Source of the DNA: Camelus dromedarius
Lineage: Eukaryota
Reading direction: 5' to 3'
NCBI RefSeq assembly: GCF_036321535.1
Contig: NC_087437.1
Span: 10,108,001-10,172,000 of the forward strand
Length of the DNA stretch: 64,000 bases
Positions 47,201 through 60,486 of this stretch are shown one piece after another. Below the pieces are notes generated by a model, which ran no database searches, was not told the DNA's origin, and saw only the letters and a list, made by a program, of their open reading frames with translations. The stretch's first letter is position 1, and every line of letters starts with the position of its first letter. The position numbers and the translations under genes were made by a program.

Positions 47201-49489
47201 GAGATATAGCCTGTGTCTCCCAGATGCTTAGGGTTGACATAGTTAAACTAATTCATTAATTATCTTGGCCAAAGCCAAATAATAAGTAAAAGGAAGTCCA
47301 GGTCAAACATCCCAGGTGATGTGTACTTACAGACTACAACGTATAGCTGCTTCTTATGTTTATATCAATATAAAAATAGACTCTTCAATAGAATCTGTAT
47401 CACCCTTCAAGCAAATATATCTTGGAGGTAGCAGCCTAGCAGGGCCAAACTCTTGTGCACATTTCAAGAATAACATAATGAAAGAGAAAAGTGTGCTCCA
47501 ATTATGTAATACAAGTACCTATTCTTAAGAGGAAACTTGAACCCAGTAGGAAGCTTAGATTTTGTTTTCTAAGCTGTTAAAGACCCCTAGCTAATTATAA
47601 AGAGAAGTGAAGAATCACGCCTTCACACAAAGCATTTTCTGATGAAAACAAGGGCATGATGGAACTCAACAGAATTGTGACTTATCATTGGATGATGGAA
47701 GAAACTGATATGTTTCTTCACACATAGGCTCTCATATAAATGAAATCAGTTGCAATTTGCTTTTAAACGTTTCTGGTATTTCTGTGGGCTTTACACACCA
47801 ATTAACTAGACTAGGCTCAGGTCCTTCACTTAACATCCATTCAAAAGCCACACGTCCATTTCTCTGCTGTAATATTGCAATGATTTCAGCATTCACGATG
47901 GTAATAATGGAGAAAGAGCTTCCACGGGGAGAACTTTCTCCTTTATCTTTAATAACGAGAAGCTGATTGTTGATTAAGTAAGACAATTAAAGCTTTTATT
48001 AGGGCAGACTGATACAGGTTTATTCCTCCTCCAAGACATGAGAATTTGATTCAACTTAAAAAAACAAAAACACCACTCTCACAGTTCCCCTCCTCCAGTT
48101 TCTCCTTCTTATATTGCTGATGTTTGAAAATACCAAGTAGATACATTTGCTGTTTCTAAAAATATATGAGGATTTCTTGATTTTTTTTTAATGTAGAGAA
48201 TTCTGTTCAATTTTATCTTCACTTAGAAATAAGCAGATCTATTTCCAAGGAGAAAGTGTGTTAGTCTGCAGTTATAATTGTGCTCCAATCACTAAACATC
48301 AGTAGGTGGCCCATTTAGTCTCTAGCAGTGCATTTTACAGCTGCCCAAAACTTTGAGGGAGTGAGTTGAAATATAAAGGAAACAGCAGTAAAACGGACAT
48401 AGTCAGTGAGTACTGAGAGCCTTCTAATTCTGTATTGTCCATTCAGATAGTATTTATTTCCTACAAGAATTTTTGTGCATCTTACAAAATGCCAAAAGCA
48501 TGCCTTTTCATTTAGAGTAACTTAATTTAATTTCTAACATTTTAACACAAATGGCTTTAAAAATAAAAAGGAACAAAGTAATTACATTTAATTTCATGGT
48601 TTTAGGTTCCTAAAAGCCATTATATTCTCTTGGGTAGTTGAAGACTTCCATCAAGTGGGGAAGAACGAAAAAATTGTGAAACGTTTACCTTTCTCTTGGA
48701 ACAAAAACAAGAAGAATTTATGTTGCCATTCCATTTAATATTTACTAGGGAAGAGGTCTGTAGTGATTTTGTGTTGCCTAGAAATGTAGAAATCATTCAA
48801 AATAAAAGTGGGTCCTAATTCGATTGGAAGAATGCCTCTTAATTTCTTCCTTAACATCAGTTCAACTTGAAAAAAAAATCTGAGAAAGAAGAGCAGTCTA
48901 TTTTGGGATGACTCTCTACATCGCATGGAATTTTACACTATATTCTGAAAGTAAGAATTCACTGATTGACACCTTGAAAGATCATCTGATAACCTTTGTT
49001 CCTGCTATTCCGTTCCCGTAGGAAAGTCAGTAAACTTTAAGAGTCAACACAGCTTTCAAAGGAAACTCATTTATTAGAAGTAACCAGGCTGGACCCTTCC
49101 TCAGCCGAATGAACACTCCTCAGCCTGCACTCACCTCTAAGAGCTCTCTTTTTTATCCCTGGAGAACTTCCTGATTATTTCTCAAGGCTTCACTAAAATT
49201 TCCACCCCCCAGGAAGCCTTCTCCCACCATTCCAACTGGAATTAATCACCACTCTAGGAGTTCTTATAATTTCATAACTCACTCTGGGTATTTATCATGC
49301 ATTTTCATAAAATCATAAATATTTATGCACACAGCTTGGTAAAGGGTCCATATAACCCTTTCTTCTAGTCTGTGGATAAATTTGATCTTGTGTGAACTTT
49401 CTAGGTATGTTCCTTGGAAATCTGAAGAAGATAGAAAGTCAGATTTGTCACCAGTTAACCTTAGTTATGGCAGAAATACCCCTTATTGA

Positions 49490-50010
49490 TATGCTATTTG
49501 GGATCTTTTGTGTTTCCATACAAATTTTAAAGTTGTTTGCTCTAGTTCTGTGAAAAATACCATTGATCTTTCAATAGAGATTGCATTGAATCTGTAGATT
49601 GCCATGGGTAATATGGTCATTTAAAAATATTGGTTCTTTCAATCCAAGAATATGATATATCTTTCCATGTTTGTGTCGACTTCAATTTCTTTCATCAGTG
49701 CCTTATAGCTTTTGGAGTACAAGTCTTTTGCCTCCTTAGGTAGGTTTATTCCTAGGTATTTTATTTTTGATGTGAAAATAAGTGGGATTTTTTTGTTTAA
49801 TTTCTCTTTCTGATAATTCGTCGTTATAGAAATGCAACACATTTCTCTATATTAATTTTGTATCTTGCAACTTTCCCGAAATCATTGATGAGTTCTAGTA
49901 GTTTCCTGGTGGCGTCTTTAGAGTTTTCTATGTGTGGCATCATGCCATCTGCAAACAGTGACAGTCTTAGCTCTTCCTTTCCAATTTGGATTCCTTTTAT
50001 TTCTTTCTCT
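49490..50010 (-). mobile_element. L1 ORF2 internal fragment
   Basis: Minus-strand ORF 49639-49842 (KIKYLGINLPKEAKDLYSKSYKALMKEIE); catgccatctgcaaacagtgacag is the antisense FADxM region. Confidence 0.93.
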
Positions 50011-50511
50011 TTGAAAAGAATAATTTTAAAACATTAAATTTTAATTTAAAGTATACTAGTCAAAATAGGTAAAAAATTTCATATATGAACTAAAATTTAC
50101 ACATTCCAAACAAGAGTATCTCTTACAGTTCACACTGTTTCACTCTTTTAAGTTTTAAATGCATGTAAAAACTTCAAGTTATCATGTAAGATGACAGAAT
50201 TAAAAGTAATTCAAGTTCTACTTCACTTTTGCAATCTCTGTGTTATCATTGCTTATTTTTAATCTATTGTTTCAAGGCAGGAATACGCACTATCACAGGA
50301 TTTGGAATTTCAGCTGCCCCTAAAGCAAATCTGAATGGCCTCAAATTATGTAAGCTTACCCTTGAAATAAACACATGGACCTGATCCGCAAGCTTAAAAG
50401 GCTGACTATACAGAGAAGAGTTTCTCAGATTCATTGCCACATAGAAGATAGTTTACTGAAACGTAAGTAATAAAAATGTGTTACTTTGAAGATGATATAC
50501 ATACTTAACAC

Positions 50512-50775
50512 ACTTTCACTTCTACCCAATATGGAGTTACAGGTATTGTATTTACCCTCCTACCTAAATCAGTTTGGAAAACTACAATAGAAAAAAAATA
50601 TATCAAGCAATAGTTTTTAGACACTGGACATCAAACAACGAAAGTTACTGGTAATCCGAGATGAGAAATAAAGAATGTCCTAAAAGTGCCCAGCTTCCTG
50701 CCTGTAGACAAAGTTTTCACTCTGCAGTGTTTATTAGAAACAGTAGGACAGAAACTAAAACAATTTTTAAGGGAG
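50512..50775 (+). mobile_element. Old L1 5' end
   Basis: ctttcacttctacccaatatggagttacaggtattgtatttaccctcctacctaaa resembles recalled L1M 5' termini. Confidence 0.55.
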
Positions 50776-50777
50776 TA

Positions 50778-53071
50778 CAGGCATACCTTGAAGATACTGC
50801 AGGTTCAGTCCCAGACCACCACAATAAAGCGAACATCGCAGTAAAGCGAGTCACATAAATGGCTTGGTTTCCCAGTGTGTATAAAAGTTATGCTTACATT
50901 ATACCGTAGTCTACTAAATATGCAATAGCAGTATGTCTAAAAAACCAACGTGCATATCTTAATTAAAATATACTTTATTGCTAATAAATGCTAACTATCA
51001 TGTGAGCCTTCAGAGAGTCATAATCTTTTGGCCAGTGGAGGGTCTTTCCTCCATGTTGATGGACGCTGAAGGTTGGGGCAGCTGTGGCAGTTTCTTAACA
51101 TAAAACAATGAAGTTTGCTACATCAATTGACCCTTCCTTTCACAAACAATTTCTCTGTAGCACAAAATGCTATTTGGTAACATTTTGCCCACAATAGAAC
51201 TTCTTTTAAAATTGGAGTCAGTCTTCTCAAACTCTGCCACTGCTTTATCAGCCAAGTTTATGTCATATTCTACATCCTTTGCTGTCATTTCAACGGTCCT
51301 TACAGCATCTTCACCAAGAGTAGAATCCATCTCAAGAAACATTATCTTTGATCATCCACAAGAAGTAAACTTTTACCCATTCAATTTTTATCATGAGATT
51401 GTAGCAATTTAGTCACATTTTCAGGGTCTACTTCTAATTCTATCTTTCTTGCTATTTCCAGTGCATCTGTAGTTGCTTCCTCCACTGAAGTCCTGAACCC
51501 CTCAAAGTCATCTGTGAGGGTCGGAATCAATGCCTTCCAACCTCTAGATAAAGTAGATATTTTAACCTCTTCTCATGAATCTGAAATATTCTTAATGACA
51601 TCTACAATGGCGAATCTTTGCAGAAGGATTTCAATTGACTTTGTGCAAATACATCAGAGGAATCACTACCTAAGGCAGTCTTACAAAATGTCTTTCTTTA
51701 TAACAAGACTTGAAGATCAAAATTACTCCTTGATCCATAGGCTGCAGAATGGATGTTGTGTTAGCAGCCATGGAAACAACATCAATCTCCTTTCACATCT
51801 CCCTGAGAGCTCTCAGGTGACCAAATGCATTGTCAATGAGCAGTAATATTTTGAAAGAAATCTTTTTTTCTGAGCAGTAGGTGGCAACAGTGGGTTTAAA
51901 ATGCTTAGTAAACCATGTTGTAAACAGTTGTATTGTCATCCATGCTTTGTTGTTCAATTTGTAAAGTACAGAGTAGACTTCAAATAATTCTTAAGGGTCC
52001 TAAATTTTTCAAAACGGTAAATGAGCATTGGCTTCAACTTCAAGTCACCGGCTGCATTAGCCCCCAACAAGAGAGTCAGCTTTTCCTTCGAAGTGTTGAA
52101 GCCAGGCATTGACTTCTCCTCTCTAGCTATGAAAGTCCTAGATGGCATCTTCTCTCAGTATAAGAATGTTTTATCTACACTGAAAATCTGTTGTTCAGTG
52201 GAGACACTTTTATGAAGGATCTGAGCTAGATCTGGAGAACCAGCTGCAGCTTCTACATCAGCACTTGTTGCTTCCCCTTGTACTTTTATGTTGTAGACAC
52301 AGCTTCTTTCTTTAAATCTCATAAGCCAAGTTCTGCTAGCTTCAAACTTTTCTTCTGCTGCTTCCTTGCTTCTCCCAACCTTCATAGACTTGAAGAGAGT
52401 TAGGGCCTTGTTCTAAGAAGGGAATGTTATGGCTGGTCTGATCTTCCATCTGGATCACTAAAACTTTCTTCATATTAACAATAAATCTATTTTGCTTTCT
52501 TAATATTTGTACAATCACTGGAGTAGCATTTTAAATCTTCTTCAAGAACTTTTCCTCCACATTCACAACTTGGCTAATGGTTTAGTGCAAAAGGCCTAGT
52601 TTTTAATCTATCTCAGCTTTTGACATGCCTTCATCACTGTGCTTTATCATTTCTAGCTTTTGATTTAAAGTGAGAAACAAACTTTCTTCCACTTGAACAC
52701 CTAAAGGCCATTGCAGGGTTATTAATTGGCCTATTTTCAATATTGTTGTGTCTTGGGGAATAGGGAGGCCCAAGGAGAGGGAGAGAGATAGGGGACATCT
52801 GGGAGGTGAGCAGTCAGAACACACACAACATTTATTAAGTTCACTGTCTTATATGGGCACAGTTTGTGGCACTCCAAAAAACAGTTATAATAGTAACATT
52901 ATAGATCACCATAGCAAATATAATAATAATGAAAAAGTTTAAAATATTGCAAAAATGACCAAAATGTGACACAGAGACATGAAGTGCACAAATGCTGTTG
53001 GAAAACGGTGGCAATAGACAGGTGACACAGGGTTGCAGGAAGGCAAAGTGCGAAAAAACAAGGCATGCCTG
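50778..53071 (-). mobile_element. Tigger1 DNA transposon (TcMar-Tigger), near full length, transposase inactivated
   Basis: TIRs caggcatacc / ggcatgcctg; TA TSD at 50776-50777 and 53072-53073; pogo-family transposase fragments [58 protein letters not shown]. Confidence 0.97.
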
Positions 53072-53844
53072 TATAATTGACATGCTAAAGGAGGAGGGCA
53101 AATAACATCACATAAAATGCTCAATTAAGCCTTAACAAGAAAAAGATAAAGACTAACTAGAATTAAGCAGAAAATAATGAAGTTGAAACCAATAGAGAAA
53201 ATCAACAAAATCAAAAGCTGGTTTCTTAAAATTAATAAAATTGAGTAGCCTGTAGCCAAGCCAACCATGAAATAGAGAAGACATCCAGAAGAAACCAAGA
53301 ATAAAGAGAGATATATACACAGGAAAAAATTAAATTAAAGAAAGGTCATCACTATCAATTCCATGAATATTAAAAAGGCAATAAAGGGATATCATGAATA
53401 ATTCTATTGCCACAAGATTTGGTAACTTAAAGTTACCAGTTCCTTAAAAGACACATGTGACAAAATATAAGGATAAATAATCTGAATAGGCCTAGAACTA
53501 TTAACAAAATTAAATAAAAAATTAATAACTTTCCAAAAAAGACAGAAAAGGCATCTATGTTTTAAAAGAAGCAAAAACTCTCATTTTCAGATAACATGAT
53601 CTTATACATAGAAAATCATAAGGAACTCATTCAACAGCAAAGTTGCAGGATGCAACATTAATATACATAAATCATTTATATTTCTATATACTAGCTGTGA
53701 ACAATCCAAAAATGAAATTTAAAAAGCCATTTATTTATAATAGTGTCAAAAATAAATTATGCAGGGATAAATTTAACACAAGATGTGTAAGACTTGTATG
53801 TCGAAAATTACAAAACATCTTTGAAAAAAGTTAAAAAAGCTTGT

Positions 53845-53938
53845 GAATGGTGATTAGATCATGTGGGTGGAGACCTCATGAATGGGGTTAGTGCCTTCAT
53901 AAAGAGACCCCAAAGAGATCCCTTTCCCCTTCTGTCTC
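53845..53938 (+). mobile_element. MaLR LTR fragment (MST/MLT1A-like)
   Basis: ggtgattagatcatgtgggtggagacctcatgaatggggttagtgccttcataaagagacc. Confidence 0.8.
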
Positions 53939-54275
53939 TACTCAATACACCACTACCAAACCAGGAATTTGGATTTTTTCCCCTCATTTTCTTGGATTGA
54001 AAAAAAAAAAAAGAAAGAAAACCTTAATTCCCTTAAAATCCTTAAAGAAATTAAATCCATAGTTTTAAAAAATACCCATAAAATATTCTTATCCAGGTTT
54101 TACAGATGAGTGCCGGCAAAAATTGGGGAACAGGTAGGTCTAATTTTACCTAAACTTTTCCCTAGAAGGATTTTTTTCATTTTCAGCTCATTTACTAAAT
54201 CCAGTATAACTCATACTCAAACCAGGAAAAGATTGCAAAAGTAAAATTGCAGCCCCATCTCATTTATTAGCACAT

Positions 54276-54810
54276 TGTTTTATGGCCAAACCAGAGAGTC
54301 AGGATGGACCCCCTATTCAAAATTTGTTTTGAATGTGAAGATTGATGATGCCCCCACTCACCAACGGGTATGAAATGATTAATTACTCATATAATGAGGT
54401 TTTTGGGAGACAGCAAGTCAGGCTTCCCAAGCTGCTCCAAAAATGAATTGAGGGAATAAGGAAAGGAGACTGGCTTGGGGTTTCACTGTGGCTAGGGAGT
54501 GGGGCTGGAGTGACAGTTCTCATGCAGGGGCAAAGGCTTGCGTGGTCTAATCTCCTAGCTGCTCTGGAGGAAGGAGAAGCACCAGGCTTTTTTCTTTTTT
54601 TTTATCAGTTTACCCAGATGCAGAACAGAGGGAAGCAGGGAGGGATGAGTCTTAAATGCTGTCACAAGTCAGACACCAAACATGAAAAGATAGAGTCAGA
54701 TACCTTGTTACAATTCACTCCCGACTGACCACCAGGCCATCTCCAGTCTTCGCTGCTGAACCAAATTCTGGTGAGAGTCCATGCTGTGCCTGCAGGGTGG
54801 TTTTTAAGCA
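54276..54810 (-). mobile_element. ERVL-class LTR (MER68/MER77-like) with a short adjacent internal stretch
   Basis: Interrupts L1 sequence. On the minus strand the LTR starts tgtaac at 54711, preceded by a purine-rich gggagtgaat (PPT-like). Confidence 0.55.
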
Positions 54811-56114
54811 CACATATGAAAACCCTAAGCTAAATTTTAGCAGCAATGCTTACAAAAAGGCAACCAATCATGACCAAATTAGGCTTATTCCAGGAATTCA
54901 AAGCTGTTCTAACATCAGATAAACTTATTAATATAATTTATTGTGTTAACCAATAAAAGAATAAAACCAAACAATTATTTAAATAACCATTGAAACAGAC
55001 TTTGACAAAATCGAACATTTGTGAAAGCTGTAATCTTCTATTGATTTATAAATAGAAGGGTATTTTCTTAGCGTTTTAAACAACATACAGAAAAAAAATC
55101 CTTACAAATACTTAATGGAAAAAATATTCAAAGCATCTCCTTTAAAATCAGGAACAAAATAAGAGTGCACATTATCACCACTCTTATTAAACACTGCACT
55201 GGAATTTTTATCTCACACAAGAGAATAAGAAAGATAAATAAAAGATATAAGAATTGAAAGGAAAAGCTGATCATGTTCACAGATAACACTCTTGTCTATT
55301 AAAAAAAAACAAACCCCAAGAAACAGCAGGCATACTATGAAAATTAATTAGTGAGCTCAGCAAGGTAACTAAATATAAAATCAATAATCAGTGTTATTCT
55401 AGACATCAGTAGCAAACAAAAAGAATATGATAATAAACATAAGCTCAAAAAATATAAGTAACATAAGAATAAACCCAGCAAATATACAAGATCTTTAAGG
55501 AGAAAATTATAAAGCTAATTAAAATACATTACAGAAGATTTAAATAACTGAAGAGACATATTGTGTCAATAAACAGAAAGACAACATTGTAAAGTTATGG
55601 AATCTCTCCAGCTTTATTGCAGAAGCTAAATTAAGTCCTATCAAAGCCCGATAAGATTTTTAATGGAACTTGACAAGTTCATTCTAAACTTTATTTGTAA
55701 GTCCAAAGACTTAAAATAGTCAAGAAACCACTGAAGAAAGAGAAAGAGGGGCCACTGACTTACCATGCTTCAAGACTTATTACAAAGCTATAGTAATTAA
55801 GGCAGTGGGATATTGGAATAGAAACAGACACAGCAGGTCAGCGGGAAAAAATCCTCAAAACCCCCAAACAAACTCACATGTGTGGACATCATATACAATG
55901 GAGGTGGCCTTGCCCCTCAATGAGACAGTGAATAGGACTGGAACAACTGGCTATCGAATGGGGGATAAAAATAAATTAACCTTAACTCAGACTGTAAAAA
56001 AATCAATTCCAGGTGGATTAAAAATAAAACGTATAATTTTTATAACAAAATATCAACTGCTCTGATAATTTCAGAAAGCGGAATGCTTATTAAACAAGGA
56101 CTAAACTTAAAATC

Positions 56115-56466
56115 CTTTTACCCCATATCCATCAGTCACTGAAGGGGGACCACTCTGAAAACGTAGCATGAACTCGGATGAGGCAGGTATCAACAGCTGA
56201 GTCCATCTTACAAAGAGGCTGGTAGCTAAGGTCAGCCTTGCAGCAATGGACTCGGAGAGAAAGTCCATTCCCGAAAAGGGTAAGAGGGGTATTTATATTA
56301 CTCAGGATCCATCATAGAAGTGGACAGAGCTGCTACATAAAAGGAAATTCGTTCCTAGTATCCACTATGCTCTGGGGACTGGAATTGTTTTCAGATTTCC
56401 ATCCCTTCAACATGGCCCCACTATTTGACTTTTCTGCAGCAAAAGCTGGGCCAGACCTGTGACACA
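56115..56466 (-). mobile_element. Probable ERVL-class LTR fragment
   Basis: ggtcagccttgcagcaatggactcggagagaaagtccattcccg and aggggtatttata resemble recalled MER54/MER76-type LTRs. Confidence 0.4.
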
Positions 56467-58339
56467 TATCAATTGCTTGTATCTGCTTCCTCCTCTCCTA
56501 ACCTTACCCTAGAACTGTCACACTGGCTTCTGGATCCATTTGGAGTCTGTTGAAAGTTGACATTTAGAACTTGGCATATAGGAAGTTTGAGTCTGAATTT
56601 TGGCCGTCTTGAACTTCAATGTCAATAACCAGCATTACTCTGGTCACGCCCACCAAGCCCTCTCCGCCACCACCTAACCCCCACCCTTGGAATTAACCCA
56701 GAGCTGCCCTCTGGAGCCCTGGTTTGTCTTCTATCTTTCTTCTCCCACTCTCTGCAGGATGGGGAGTAAGATGAGAAAATTTACCGAACACAGTGGTGGT
56801 TAAGCAAAGATTTATTCTTCTAGAATGAATTTAATTCTCTGGGAGGCTTTTAAAATAAGATTTATTCTTCTCTAAAAAGACAGCTTCCTAAACAGTTATT
56901 TACAGATGGCACTTTGATCCTGAGAAGGCATATTAAATTACAAACAAGAAGGTAAGTTCCTAGATGACTTTAGATTTTTGATACTCTTTACATATGAATT
57001 TAGAATCAGACTCAAGAAGAAGGGATGGGAATAAGACATTTCACAATAAGCCTATGACAAATCCAAAACTAAGAGACTAGATTTTTTTTCCCTTCTAAAC
57101 CAAGGAGCCAAGTATGTTAGTGCTAATTTCAAAACCCCTAGGTCTCAAGGACTACGATGTCCCAATTACTTTGTTTGCATTTGCATCAGGGAGTCATGCC
57201 TGAACTCAGATCAACTCAGTGGTTCCTGGAAAAATGGCAAAGCTTGAAAAGAGAAAAAAAAAAAAAAATGAAAAGGTGCCACTCAACCTTTAATTGGAAA
57301 CTATTTTTGTGATCAGAACACAAATTACCAGTTTATCCTTCAGCCCGAGCATCTAGAGAGGCAGATAAGTTCTTCAATTAGTAAAATCAGTCAACAGAGT
57401 GAGTTTTGGTCACTGTTGAGCAGACGTGCTCTCAGCCAGGGGCACCGATGGGAAACAGACTGCATCCCATTAAGTCAGGGAGCCACCTTGCTCTTCCCAA
57501 AGAGGATTAATTTAGTGAAACAAAGAAGGGAGAGGTATTTGTTCTGCTTGCTCCCCAGTTGTTCTTCTCTAAAGAAAAAACGATGAATGCTTAGAATTTT
57601 GAATCAACCACCACATCTAACTCTGTTCTTTTAGCCAATGTTAGCATTAATCCCACCTGAATACCCTGGCATTGTTTTAAGTCTCAGACACAGAAATGAA
57701 ACAGTGCAAATTTACCTTCTGCCAGATTTTCAGGGTTTGAGTGGCACTAACTTTCTGATTTGGCTAAACACAAAAACATGACTTTTTTTAAGGAAATTGT
57801 TTTATATCAATTTCAGTCCCGTGGACTGACATCTGTTAACACAAATTCTGATTGTCATGTTTACATTTCTCCATTCTTCCTGCCTTTTCGTCCTCTCTCC
57901 TCAACTGCTAACTTGTTCTGAAATCATCCCACGACTACAGCCAGCCCACAAGAACTATTTCATTTTGTGCCCACACTGGAGTCTCACAGCCCTCAGGATT
58001 CACATTTATGTCCCCTGAAGCATCTCCTTTTTCCTGGTGGGTGACATGGACTTCTAAGTCCAAGTTTCTAAATCTTCCATGTTGCCTCATATGATTCTGT
58101 GTATTCATCAGGCATCCAATTTTTGTATTAGAAAATTTTTGTTTTCCATGTTCAACTGCAAATTAGTAAATTGAAAAATGAACCAGATCAAATTACTTAA
58201 CACTTATTCTTCCTGTAAGATTTCATGTTCATGCCCACAAGAGGGGTGAGGATGGAAGCCCTTTCTTCATGTTTAAAATTTGGGGCATAAGTCAAAGAGA
58301 CCAGATGGTTAAATAACCCAAAATGAAGGGGACATAGTT

Positions 58340-58797
58340 TCGTAGTTTCAGTGTTGCCAGGAGAAGACCCTGAGACAAGAATCTGAGGGCAAATGGTTCA
58401 CTTGGGAGATGATACCAGGAAATACCAATAGGGAAATGGGAAAGTAAGAGAGGACTAGGAAAGAAACCAATAAAGTCTGCATTACTAAGTACGTTATCAG
58501 TGTAATTAACTGGAACTTAACCCTACTGGGCAGCTCCAGGAGCCAATGTGTAGAGTGGAGTCATCTCACCTACAGAGCGAGGGAGCAGGGGTACTTATAC
58601 ACTGACTCCCTTTGGTCCTGGAGGAAGGGTTGATTTCACACACTTCCATCTTGCCACTGGGCATGGAGAAGGCAGAATCCAATGACAGAGAAAGCCCCGA
58701 GGAAAAACGAAAAACAAAACATAGATATACATGCTGGTCTTTAGAAGTCAAACCTGAATGTAAATAAGGGATATCAGTGAGGCATCAAGTCTGCTAA
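58340..58797 (-). mobile_element. ERVL LTR (LTR33-like)
   Basis: agaagaccctgagacaagaatctgagggcaaatggttcacttgggagatgataccaggaa...aagaaaccaataaag. Confidence 0.75.
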
Positions 58798-59819
58798 GTC
58801 AGAAGATCAATCTACATAATCTGGACTCTAAAATTAGCCTGCCCAGCTCCCTTGCTTGGCTCTCTGTATGTACAACGCTGTATTGCTGTGGAGAGAGAGA
58901 AAGACCTGCACTTAATGTTTCACCAAGGAAAACGCAGTGCAAATTTAAGGTATGAAATGGGATGACAGAAACCACAAAACAGGATGAAATGAGTTTGCCA
59001 GCTATGACAGAAAGAATGCCAGGAAGTAAACTAAAAATAAATTTTTGAGCAAATTCTTGAATTCCTCTAAGACAAAGAATAAGAAATGCTTTTTTTCCCC
59101 CCCTCTAAATCAAATCAAATCTAGGTTTGAGGCCATACTCAAAAACTGAGTGTGAACTTTCAAGTTAGTCACTTTCAATAGTTTACTCTCTCACCTCGGG
59201 TTGTACCAAAACCTTAGGACTCACACAACACCAGACAATTAGGGAAGAGGCCTGGTCATGACCCCATCTTGTCTTACAGAAAACTGGTCATTGTCCAAGC
59301 CATGCTGGTCCATTTAAAGACACCAGCCTGGAGTCATCTAGTCTTTGTGTCAAACTTTGCCACAGGCACCTTTTCCAAAAGTCCCAAATCCTAGGCAAAG
59401 TGGTTAGAACACAGTCATTTAAGGAGTCATCATTCAAAAAGGTCTAGGGTACTTAGTCCTGAAAGATCACTGCTCTCTACCACCCCTGGAAACCACCCTC
59501 CATCCTCTCAGCCCCCTGGAATCTCACTCTTTTGCTCTGTGGTCAAACCAGGTCTCATTCCCCTCAAAGCACCAACTTTTTCAAATGCTCCAACCCTGTG
59601 GGTTCAGACCAGTTGTTCTCAAACTTAAGAGTACTGTGAAAACACAGGTTCTTCTGGTGTTTGGGAAGTAGGTACTCTAAAGAGCACACTGCAAAATCAG
59701 TTTGCAGAAACATGATTTGGGGATGTCTCCAAATTGGCAACTTCTTTTTTCCCCCAGAAATACTAAAAACTGCTAACTAACTTTGTACCAAAGAAGCCCA
59801 GCAATCAAGAAGACAGCAC

Positions 59820-60480
59820 TTTGGCTGCCTTCTCTGCGAGGAAGAGTAAAAGTTCATTAGAAAACGAGGCACCAATTAATTCATTTCTCAAGAACTCACT
59901 CTGTTACACGCTTATCGTCATTTTGCCAACCAGAGCTGGAGGGGGAAATGGGAACGCTTACCAGAATTGTCAGTTTTGCTCCGGTGATTTTTCTTTTCGC
60001 AGGCAATGCCGACTGAACTGACACAAATGTGCCAAGTTTGCAACATGCAGAGGAGACATTCTCTGTTTTCATAGAACCTGAAATCTACACATTTAATTCT
60101 CAGGCAACCGTTAACGACTCGTGCAAATGTGGGAGAACCTTGGTAAAGACGGAAATAGAAATAAATAGCGAGTAATGCAGGATTCAATGCATTTTAATTA
60201 GATATGAAGTCCATGCATGTTTTGCAGCAGATTTATTTTCCTAACCTGCTTTAAATGTCCGCAAGTATTAAACCTGAGTTGCATTCCACAAGGCGTCTCC
60301 CCTGGACGATTGTGGAAATTGTGCCTGGAGTGTACTGAGGAGCGGAGACAGCAGCGGACTGACCTGCCCGGGGAAACCCCTGCAGGGGCTGGTGCGCAGG
60401 CGCACTCAGAGTCGTGTTTGAGTAAATGAAAGGACACCGGAAGTCACAAAGGCGCTCATGATAGCGTCCTCGTGGATTAT
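59820..60480. promoter_or_regulatory. CpG-retaining unique element with NF-kB, NRF1 and ETS motifs (candidate promoter/enhancer)
   Basis: About 25 CpG in ~660 bp (manual count); GGGAAACCCC at 60371-60380, TGCGCAGGCGCA at 60393-60404, ACCGGAAGT at 60436-60444. Confidence 0.5.
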
Positions 60481-60486
60481 CTAGGA

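Larger units (their letters stand above)
53075..56100 (+). mobile_element. Fragmented old L1 ORF2 pieces, interrupted by LTR fragments
   Basis: aatagagaaaatcaacaaaatcaaaagctggtttc; ttttcagataacatgatcttatacatagaaaatc; aagcatctcctttaaaatcaggaac; caagacttattacaaagctatagtaattaagg. Confidence 0.8.

Noticed and set aside
51118..52824. Domesticated TIGD/CENP-B-like gene
   Set aside because: The transposase is broken into several frames and still flanked by TIRs and a TA TSD
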